A stretch of 39,241 nucleotides of DNA from Candidatus Tepidifontimicrobium thermophilum. Its GTDB lineage: Bacteria; Sysuimicrobiota; Sysuimicrobiia; Sysuimicrobiales; Sysuimicrobiaceae. The DNA lies in the NCBI GenBank assembly GCA_031459915.1, contig JAVKHO010000023.1:1-39241 (forward strand), written 5' to 3'. The notes under the pieces were generated by a model. That model did no database searches. It was not told the DNA's origin and worked only from the letters and a program-made list of their open reading frames with translations. The translations under genes were made by a program, and so were the position numbers. Each line of letters starts with the position of its first letter. The first letter of the stretch is position 1. Shown piece after piece: positions 26,827 to 34,379 of this stretch.

Positions 26827-27558
26827 TCACCTCCCTCGGGCACCGGGCCGGTTCGCGGACACGGCCCGGCCCAGGACCTCCTCGATCTCTTCCAAGTGGC
26901 GCCGCATGGCGGCCTCCGCGGCGGCGGGGTCGCGCCGGCGGATGGCAGCCAGGATCCGCCCGTGGCCCTCCAGGGACTTCTGGAGCCGTCCGGGGACCTG
27001 GAGGGACCGCTCCCGGCTGGTCCTCAGCAGGTCCATGAGGACGTCGAGGATCCGGAGGATCACCTGGTTACGGGCCGCGGTGGCGATGGTGTAGTGGAAC
27101 TCGGAGTCCTCCTCCACCGCCAGCTCGCCCTGCTCCGCCTTGGCCCGCTGCCGATCCAGGATGGCCTGCAGGCGCCGGATCTCTTCCTCCGTGGCGTACC
27201 GCGCGGCGCGCGCGGCTAGGTGCGGCTCGATCATCTTCCGGACGTCCAGCAGGTCGGTGAGGAGAGCACGGCTGCGGACCAACAGCGAGGCGAGCGGGTG
27301 CACCACCGCGTCAGGGCTGAGATCCCGAACCACAGTCCCCTCGCCCTGCCGAGGCTCCACCAGACCCATGAGCTGGAGCACCCGGATGGCGTCGCGGACG
27401 GAGCTTCGGCTGACACCGAACCGCTCGGCCAGCTCCCGTTCGGTGGGGAGCCGGTCCCCGGGCCGCAGCTCGCCGTCCAGGATGAGCTGCTGGATGCGGG
27501 CTGCCACCTGCTCGTACACCCGCGTCCGTCGGATGGGCTCCAGCGTGGCGGGAGGCAT
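26827..27558 (-). CDS. GntR/FadR-family transcriptional regulator (wHTH + FCD)
   Basis: PGDRLPTERELAERFGVSRSSVRDAI, DSEFHYTIA, HGRILAAIRRRD. Start probably ATG 27558. Confidence 0.93.
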   Translation of the reverse strand: MPPATLEPIRRTRVYEQVAARIQQLILDGELRPGDRLPTERELAERFGVSRSSVRDAIRVLQLMGLVEPRQGEGTVVRDLSPDAVVHPLASLLVRSRALLTDLLDVRKMIEPHLAARAARYATEEEIRRLQAILDRQRAKAEQGELAVEEDSEFHYTIATAARNQVILRILDVLMDLLRTSRERSLQVPGRLQKSLEGHGRILAAIRRRDPAAAEAAMRRHLEEIEEVLGRAVSANRPGARGR

Positions 27559-27565
27559 CCGGCCC

Positions 27566-27627
27566 CCGATTGGTCCGATGATCGGTTCTTCGTGCCTTAC
27601 CCTGCCACAGCCCCGCTTGCCTGTCAA
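27566..27627 (-). promoter_or_regulatory. Putative promoter and FadR-type operator of the gntR-oor operon
   Basis: TTGACA on the minus strand (27627-27622). Palindromic CCGATTGGTCCGATGATCGG (27566-27585) contains a TGGTC half-site typical of FadR-subfamily boxes. Confidence 0.45.
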
Positions 27628-27875
27628 GTCAATCGGAGCTACCGGCTAACACCGCGCCCTCCGGCGTTCGGACCTCGAAGGCGGCCAGCGGGTCCAGGGG
27701 ACGGTCCAGCCGGTACAGAAGCAAGCGGGGTCGGTCGAAGGCCTCCACCTCGCTTCCCCCGCGTCTCGGGACTTCCTCGGAGGACTACGTGTCGCGGACG
27801 CCCGCCGTCTCCCTGGGACGTTATCGCGGATCACAGGGTACAATAGCCGCGTGATTTCCCCACGGGAGGAGGACG

Positions 27876-28856
27876 ATGCACGCGGTCCGGATTCACCAGC
27901 ACGGCGGTCCCGAGGTGTTGCGGTACGAGGAAGTCCCCACGCCCACGCCCCGTGAGGGCCAGGCCCTGGTCCGGTTGGTGGCGTGCGGGGTGAACTTCAT
28001 CGACATCTACCAGCGGAAGGGCCTGTACCGGATCGACCTGCCGACCGCACTCGGGCAGGAGGGCGCGGGCGTGGTGGAGGCGGTCGGGCCCGGGGTCACG
28101 GAGGTGAAACCCGGGGACCGCGTGGCCTACTCCAACGTCCTGGGGTCGTACGCGGAGTACGTCCTGGTCCCAGCCCAGCGCCTCGTGCCCATCCCCGACG
28201 GCGTCACCTACCAGCAGGCGGCCGCCGCGATGCTGCAGGGGATGACCGCGCACTACCTGGTGACCACCACCTACCCTTTGAAACCCGGCGACGCCTGCCT
28301 GGTCCACGCGGCGGCGGGTGGGGTGGGCCTCCTCCTCGTCCAGATGGCCAAGCGGCGCGGCGCGCTGGTCATCGGAACGGTCTCGACGGAGGAGAAGGCC
28401 CGGCTGGCGCGGGAGGCAGGTGCTGACCACGTGGTCCTGTACACCCAGCAGGACTTCGAGGCGGAGGTGTTGCGGATCACGGAGGGGCGCAAGTTGCAGG
28501 TGGTGTACGACTCCGTGGGCAAGGACACCTTCGAGAAGAGCCTGAACTGCCTGGCGCTGCGGGGCATGCTGGTCCTGTACGGACAGTCCAGTGGGCCGGT
28601 GCCTCCCTTCGACCCGCAGCTGCTGGCCCAGAAGGGCTCTCTTTTCCTCACCCGGCCGGTCCTGTGGCACTACACCACCACCCGGGAGGAGCTGCTGTGG
28701 AGGGCCGGGGAGGTCTTGGGCTGGGTCCGCACCGGGGAGCTGAAGCTGCGCATCGACCGGGCCCTGCCGCTGTCCCAGGCTGCGGACGCCCACCGGGCTC
28801 TAGAAGGACGCGAGACCACGGGTAAGGTGCTGCTGCTGACGGGCTTCGAGGGGTAA
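27876..28856 (+). CDS. qor: NADPH:quinone oxidoreductase (zeta-crystallin/MDR family)
   Basis: GGPEVL, GVNFIDIYQR, MLQGMTAHYL, HAAAGGVG, YDSVGKDT, YGQSSG, TTGKVLL. Confidence 0.92.
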   Translation: MHAVRIHQHGGPEVLRYEEVPTPTPREGQALVRLVACGVNFIDIYQRKGLYRIDLPTALGQEGAGVVEAVGPGVTEVKPGDRVAYSNVLGSYAEYVLVPAQRLVPIPDGVTYQQAAAAMLQGMTAHYLVTTTYPLKPGDACLVHAAAGGVGLLLVQMAKRRGALVIGTVSTEEKARLAREAGADHVVLYTQQDFEAEVLRITEGRKLQVVYDSVGKDTFEKSLNCLALRGMLVLYGQSSGPVPPFDPQLLAQKGSLFLTRPVLWHYTTTREELLWRAGEVLGWVRTGELKLRIDRALPLSQAADAHRALEGRETTGKVLLLTGFEG

Positions 28857-28873
28857 GGAAGCCACCCGCTCCC

Positions 28874-28902
28874 TTGAGGGGCGAACGGCCGTTTGCTACC
28901 AT
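28874..28902 (+). promoter_or_regulatory. Extended -10 promoter containing a Gram-positive-type LexA (SOS/Cheo) box
   Basis: TTGAGG-N17-TACCAT with TGn extension; CGAAC-GGCC-GTTTG at 28882-28895 lies between -35 and -10, directly upstream of recX. Confidence 0.7.
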
Positions 28903-28911
28903 AGTGGCCAA

Positions 28912-29556
28912 ATGCCGCAGGTCTTGTCCGTCCGGCGGGGCAGGAGCGGGGAGGTCCGGGTGCGGCTGGACGACGGACGCACCCTGGCCGTTCCTGAAGA
29001 CGCCTGGCGGCAGCTGAACTTGCCGGCGCCCGGCGAAGTTGAACCGGAGGCGCTGCGGACGCTCGAACACGCCAGCGCGCGGTACCGGCTGCGGCGGCGA
29101 GCGCTGGCGCTGCTGGCGGTCCGTCCCCGTTCGACTCGGGAGCTCCTCGAGAGGCTGGCCCGGGTGGCGGACGCCGGGCTTGCTAGCCAGGTGGTGTCCG
29201 AGCTGGAGCGGCAGGGCCTGGTGGACGACCGGCGGTTCGCCCTGGAGTGGGTCCGGTCGAGGCAGGCCTCGCGCGGCCTCGGGGCAGCGCGTCTGCGGTA
29301 CGAGCTGCTGCGCAAGGGCGTGACGCGGGAGCTCGCAGAGGAGGCGCTGCGGGAGGCCGGAGCCGAAGAAGAGGCCCTGGCTGCGGAGGTTGCCCGACGG
29401 CGGCTTTCGCGGTACGCCCGGCAGCCACCTGAGGTGGCCGTACGCCGGATGGCCGGATACCTGGCGCGGCGCGGGTTCAGCCCTGCGGCGGTGTCCCGAG
29501 CCCTGGAGGCGGTGGGGCTGCGCGGGAAGCTGGCCGGAAAGGAGGCGACGCGGTGA
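28912..29556 (+). CDS. recX: Regulatory protein RecX
   Basis: ALALLAVRPRSTREL, GLVDDRRFA, LRYELLRKGV, YLARRGFS. Confidence 0.9.
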   Translation: MPQVLSVRRGRSGEVRVRLDDGRTLAVPEDAWRQLNLPAPGEVEPEALRTLEHASARYRLRRRALALLAVRPRSTRELLERLARVADAGLASQVVSELERQGLVDDRRFALEWVRSRQASRGLGAARLRYELLRKGVTRELAEEALREAGAEEEALAAEVARRRLSRYARQPPEVAVRRMAGYLARRGFSPAAVSRALEAVGLRGKLAGKEATR

Positions 29557-32500
29557 GGTCGGGCCGGTCGGGCGACAGCCCTCTGCTGCAGCTGCCCCTG
29601 GCTCTGGATGAGCCGGCGCCGCCGCCCGCCACGGAGCGCATCCTCGACGGTCTCAACCCCGAGCAGCGCCGGGCCGTGGAGTGGGGGGACGGCCCGCTCC
29701 TCATCATCGCCGGCGCCGGTACAGGAAAGACCTCCGTGGTCACCCGCCGCATCGCGTACCTCATCGCGACCAAGCGGGCTAGGCCCCAGGAGATCCTCGC
29801 CCTCACCTTCACGGACAAAGCCGCAGGGGAGATGGAGGAACGGGTGGACGTGCTGGTCCCGTACGGCTACACGGAGGTGTGGATCTCCACGTTCCACGCG
29901 TTTGGGGACCGGGTCCTGCGGGAACACGCGCTGCTGTTGGGATTGCCCCCGGACTTCCGGGTGCTGAACCGCGCGGAACAGGTCCTGTTCCTCCGCGAGC
30001 ACCTGTTCGAACTGCCCCTGCAGCGCTACCGCCCGCTGGCCGACCCCACGCGCCACCTCCAGGCGCTGGCCCAGCTGTTCAGCCGGGCCAAGGACGAGGA
30101 CGTCTCCCCCGAGGACTACCGGCGCTACGCGGAGTCGTTGGCCGCTTCCGCCACAGACCCGGAGGCCCAGGCCGAGGCGGAGCGCCAGCTGGAGCTGGCA
30201 GAGACGTACGCCGCGTACCAGCGCCACATGGCGGAGCACGGGCTGCTGGACTTCGGGGACCTCATCACCCGCACCCTACAGCTCTTCCGGGAGCACCCGC
30301 AGGTCCTGAGGCGGTACCAGGAGCGGTTCCGGTACGTGCTGGTGGACGAGTTCCAGGATACCAACTACGCGCAGTTCGAGTTGGTCAAGCTCCTGGGGGC
30401 GGCCCACCGCAACGTGACCGCGGTGGGCGACGACGACCAGGCGATCTACAAATGGCGCGGGGCGGCCCTCAGCAACCTCCTGAACTTCACCCGGACCTAC
30501 CCGGACGCGGAGCGCATCGTGCTGGTCCGCAACTACCGGAGCAGCCAGGCCATCCTGGACGCGGCGTACCGTCTGATCCGGCACAACGACCCGGACCGGC
30601 TCGAGGTCCGCGAGCGGGTGGACAAACGGCTGGTGGCGGACTGCCCGGAGGGCCCGGAGCCCCAGCACCTGCACTTCGACTCCCTCACCACGGAGGCCGA
30701 CGCGGTGGCCCGCACCATCGCGGAGCGCGTGGAACAGGGCGTGTGGCGCTACCGGGACGTGGCCATCCTGGTCCGGTCCAACGCCGACGCAGAGCCGTTC
30801 CTCCGGGCCCTCAACCTGCGCGGGGTCCCGCACCAGTTCACGGGGACGCGGGGGCTGTATGACCGGGAGGAGATCCGGCTGGTGCTCAGCTTCCTCCGGG
30901 CCCTGGCGAACCCCCGGGACAACCTCAGCCTGTACTTCCTCGCCACCTCGCCCCTGTACCTGGCCAGTCCCACGGACGTCTCCCGGTGCTTGGCCGCGGC
31001 GCAGGCCCGCAACCGCTCCCTGGACCACGTGGTCCGCCAACTGGTGGACGATAGAGAGGCGGCCACCGAGTTCGCGGACCTGCGGGCGGAGCTGCAGCCC
31101 GAGAGCCTGGCAGCCCTGGCCAAGCTGACGGAGGACCTGGACGCCATGCGGCGGCTCGCTGTCGAACAGCCCACGGGGCGGGTGCTGTACGTCTACCTGG
31201 TGGAGCGCACGGGCTACGTCCAGCGCCTGGCGACTTCCGGGGACCCCACCGACGAGGCGCGGGTCCGCAACCTGGCGCGGTTCTTCGACCTGGTGGCCCG
31301 TGCGGCGCCCCTGCTGCGGTACGACCGGGCGGTGGAGTTCGTCCGCTACGTGGACGACCTCATCGCCGCGGGCGACGACCCGCCCGTGGAGGAGCTGGAC
31401 CCGGAGGCGGACGCAGTTCAGGTGATGACCGTGCACAAGGCGAAGGGGCTGGAGTTCCCCGTGGTGTTCATCGGCTCGTGCGTGAGCCACAAGTTCCCGG
31501 TCCCGGACCGCTCGGACCCCATCGAGCTGCCGGAAGCCCTGATCCGGGACGAGCTGCCCGCGGGCGACCACCACCTCCAGGAGGAGCGGCGGCTGTTCTA
31601 CGTGGCCATGACCCGGGCCAGGCGGGAGCTGTACTTCACCAGCGCCCGAGACTACGGGGGCGCCCGGCCGCGGAAGGTGAGCCGGTTCGTCCTGGAGGCC
31701 CTGGACCGACCGGGCCTGCAGGGCGGCGCCTTCCGCGCCTCCGCCCTCGAGCAGATCCACCGCCACGCGCCCGCCTCCCAGTCGGAGCTCCTGGCAGGGA
31801 CCCTCCCCGCGGACGCCGTGATCAGCGTTTCGTTCCGCCAGCTGGACGACTACGAGACCTGTCCCCTCAAGTACAAGTACACCCACGTTTTGCGGGTGCC
31901 GGTGACCCGGGACCACCGGGTCGCCTACGGCACCGCCATCCACGAGGCCCTCCGGGAGTACCACCGCCGCCGCGCCCGCCGCCAGCCGGTGACCCTGGAG
32001 GACCTGGTGGCCCACTTCGAGCGGGTGTGGGTCAACGAGGGGTTCCTGAGCCCCGAGCACGAGGAGCGCCGCATGCAGGAAGGGCGGGAGGTCCTCCGGC
32101 GCTTCTTCGAGTTCCAGGAGGCGTGGGGCCACGTGCCCACCATGGTGGAAGCACCCTTCTCGTTTTTCCGCAACAACACCCGGGTGCGGGGCCGGTGGGA
32201 CCGGGTGGACGTACGGGACGGGCAGGTGTGCATCGTGGACTTCAAGACCTCGGAGGTGCGAGAGGAGGCGAAGGCGGACGACCGCGCACGGGACAGCTTG
32301 CAGCTGCGGTTGTACGCCCTCGCCTACCGGGAGGTGCACGGGCGGCTGCCGGACCGCATGGAGCTGCACTTTTTGAACCCCGAGGGGGTCGTGGTGGGGT
32401 CCGTCCGCCCGGAACCGGAGTGGGTGGCGGAGGCGGAGGAGGTGATCGACCGGGTGGCGGAGGGGATCCGTCGGCAGGAGTTCGTGGCGACTCCGGACTG

Positions 32501-32564
32501 GTACCGCGCCTGCCGGTACTGCGCCTTTGCGTCCATCTGCCCCTACACCGCGCGCGGGGACTGA
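29553..32564 (+). CDS. SF1A (UvrD/PcrA-type) helicase fused to a C-terminal Fe-S PD-(D/E)XK nuclease (AdnB/AddA-like)
   Basis: AGAGTGKT, VDEFQDTN, VGDDDQAIY, NYRS, TVHKAKGLEF, EERRLFYVAMTRA; then CPLKY...GRWDRVD...IVDFKT...QLRLYA...CRYCAFASIC. Confidence 0.92.
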   Translation: MRSGRSGDSPLLQLPLALDEPAPPPATERILDGLNPEQRRAVEWGDGPLLIIAGAGTGKTSVVTRRIAYLIATKRARPQEILALTFTDKAAGEMEERVDVLVPYGYTEVWISTFHAFGDRVLREHALLLGLPPDFRVLNRAEQVLFLREHLFELPLQRYRPLADPTRHLQALAQLFSRAKDEDVSPEDYRRYAESLAASATDPEAQAEAERQLELAETYAAYQRHMAEHGLLDFGDLITRTLQLFREHPQVLRRYQERFRYVLVDEFQDTNYAQFELVKLLGAAHRNVTAVGDDDQAIYKWRGAALSNLLNFTRTYPDAERIVLVRNYRSSQAILDAAYRLIRHNDPDRLEVRERVDKRLVADCPEGPEPQHLHFDSLTTEADAVARTIAERVEQGVWRYRDVAILVRSNADAEPFLRALNLRGVPHQFTGTRGLYDREEIRLVLSFLRALANPRDNLSLYFLATSPLYLASPTDVSRCLAAAQARNRSLDHVVRQLVDDREAATEFADLRAELQPESLAALAKLTEDLDAMRRLAVEQPTGRVLYVYLVERTGYVQRLATSGDPTDEARVRNLARFFDLVARAAPLLRYDRAVEFVRYVDDLIAAGDDPPVEELDPEADAVQVMTVHKAKGLEFPVVFIGSCVSHKFPVPDRSDPIELPEALIRDELPAGDHHLQEERRLFYVAMTRARRELYFTSARDYGGARPRKVSRFVLEALDRPGLQGGAFRASALEQIHRHAPASQSELLAGTLPADAVISVSFRQLDDYETCPLKYKYTHVLRVPVTRDHRVAYGTAIHEALREYHRRRARRQPVTLEDLVAHFERVWVNEGFLSPEHEERRMQEGREVLRRFFEFQEAWGHVPTMVEAPFSFFRNNTRVRGRWDRVDVRDGQVCIVDFKTSEVREEAKADDRARDSLQLRLYALAYREVHGRLPDRMELHFLNPEGVVVGSVRPEPEWVAEAEEVIDRVAEGIRRQEFVATPDWYRACRYCAFASICPYTARGD

Positions 32565-32577
32565 GGGAGCTGGCAGG

Positions 32578-33282
32578 ATGGTGGCGATGGGAGCGGTGCG
32601 GGCAGTGTTCCTGGACGCAGGCCACACCCTGCTGGAGGGCAGGCCGTCGTGGTTCGACGTGTGGGCGGAGGGCCTGGGCGAGTTCGACGTCACCCTGGAC
32701 CGGGAGGCCCTCCAGCGGGCGTACGCCCGCGCCAGCGACGCCCTCAGTCACATCCCGCCGGACCAGTTCACCGAGCAGACCTGGCGCCAGTTCCTGCGAG
32801 AGATGGTGGCCCATCTAGAAGTCCCCGGCCACGAGGACGAGATCGCGGACCGGATGCACCAGGTGCTGGCCCGGACCCGGCCGGAGTACGTGCCCTATCC
32901 GGAGGCACCCGCAGTGTTGGAAGAGCTCCGGCGCAGGGGGTTCCGGCTGGCGGTGGTCAGCAACTGGGAGCCGGACCTGCCCGAAGTCCTCGACCGCGCG
33001 GGCCTGCGCGGGTACTTCGACGCGGTGGTGGCATCTGCCCTCGTGGGGGCAGCCAAACCGGACCCCCGGATCTTCCAGGTAGCCCTGGACGCGGTAAGGG
33101 TGCGCGCCGCGGAGGCGGTGCACGTGGGGGACTCCTACGAGGCGGACGTGCGGGGAGCGCGCGCCGCCGGGCTGCACCCGGTGCTCATCGACCGGGACCG
33201 TGTGTTCCCCGACGTGGACTGCGACCGTATCCACGACCTGCGGGAGCTCCTCCCGTTGCTGGACCAGCTGGGGACACGGTGA
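32578..33282 (+). CDS. HAD-superfamily hydrolase (subfamily IA)
   Basis: FLDAGHTL, VVSNW, KPDPRIF, HVGDSYEADV. Start ATG 32578 after GAGGGAG. Confidence 0.9.
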   Translation: MVAMGAVRAVFLDAGHTLLEGRPSWFDVWAEGLGEFDVTLDREALQRAYARASDALSHIPPDQFTEQTWRQFLREMVAHLEVPGHEDEIADRMHQVLARTRPEYVPYPEAPAVLEELRRRGFRLAVVSNWEPDLPEVLDRAGLRGYFDAVVASALVGAAKPDPRIFQVALDAVRVRAAEAVHVGDSYEADVRGARAAGLHPVLIDRDRVFPDVDCDRIHDLRELLPLLDQLGTR

Positions 33283-34379
33283 TCCGGATCCTGCACGTGG
33301 CCGACGTCCACCTGGGGGCGCGGTTCAGCGGCCTCGGGGCGAAGGGCGGGGAGCAGCGCGAGCAGCTCCGCCGGACCTTCGTCCGGTGCGTGGACCTGGC
33401 GCTGGAGCGGCACTGCCAGGTGGTCCTGGTGGCCGGGGACCTGTTCGACACACCACACCCTCCCCGGTCCGTTGCCTCGTTTGCCGCCGACCAGCTCCGC
33501 AGGCTCGCCCAGGCGGGCGTCCGGGTGTTCGCGGTGGCGGGCAACCACGACGCGGCGCCCGACGGGGTCTGGAAGCGGCCGGACTTCCTGGGCCGCGCAG
33601 AGGGCGTGGTGGTGTTCGGCGAGCAGCCGGAGGCCGTGCACCTGGACTTCGGGCTGGTGGTAGTGGGCCGCTCCGCAACCCCCGGCCAGAACCCCCTGGA
33701 GGCTTGGCCCAGGCCCCGGGGGCCCGCGGTAGGGGTGGCGCACGGTCCCGTGTACCGCCCCGGACAGGTGGAGGATCCCGCGGCCATCCGGCCAGACCAG
33801 ATCCGCGCGGTCGGCCTGGACTACCTGGCCCTGGGAGACTGGCACTCGGCCCAGGAGGTGCACGGCCCTCCGCACGTGAGCTGGTACGCGGGCGCGCCCG
33901 AGTTCTTGAGCTTGGATCAGCCGGGGTTCGGCCACGTGCTGCTGGTCACCGTGGAGGCGCCCGGCAAAGTCCAGGTGGAGCCCGTGCGGGTGGCGCGGCG
34001 CCGGTACCAGCGGCTGGCGGTCTCCGTGGAGGGTCTGGACGACGAGGTCCTGCGGGCACAGCTGGAGGAGCTGGCGGATCCTGAGCTGGTTCTGGACCTG
34101 ACCCTGCAGGGTCTCCGGGAAGCGGACCAGGTATTCTCCCTCCACGCGCTGCAGCAGGACTACGGCGACCGGTTCTTCCGGTTGGTCCTGCGCGACCTGT
34201 CCCACCCAAGGCTGGACGAAGAAGCGCTGCAGAGGTTCGAGCCGGCCACCGTCCTGGGGCAGTTCGTCCGGAGGATGCAGAGCCGCCTGCAGGCGTCCGG
34301 CCCGGAGGAGCGGCCGTACCTGGAGGAAGCCCTGCAGCTGGGGGTCGCGGCCCTGCAGGGGCGTGGAGTGCACGGGTGA
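33279..34379 (+). CDS. Mre11/SbcD/YhaO-like metallophosphoesterase nuclease
   Basis: LHVADVHLG, AGDLFD, AGNHD, AHG, YLALGDWH, YAGAPE. GTG 33279 overlaps the HAD stop (GTGA). Confidence 0.9.
   Translation: MIRILHVADVHLGARFSGLGAKGGEQREQLRRTFVRCVDLALERHCQVVLVAGDLFDTPHPPRSVASFAADQLRRLAQAGVRVFAVAGNHDAAPDGVWKRPDFLGRAEGVVVFGEQPEAVHLDFGLVVVGRSATPGQNPLEAWPRPRGPAVGVAHGPVYRPGQVEDPAAIRPDQIRAVGLDYLALGDWHSAQEVHGPPHVSWYAGAPEFLSLDQPGFGHVLLVTVEAPGKVQVEPVRVARRRYQRLAVSVEGLDDEVLRAQLEELADPELVLDLTLQGLREADQVFSLHALQQDYGDRFFRLVLRDLSHPRLDEEALQRFEPATVLGQFVRRMQSRLQASGPEERPYLEEALQLGVAALQGRGVHG

Noticed and set aside
27646..27843. 65-aa ORF or small RNA in the gntR-qor intergenic region
   Set aside because: No RBS, motif or convincing structure; the region more simply holds divergent promoters (TACAAT at 27839-27844).
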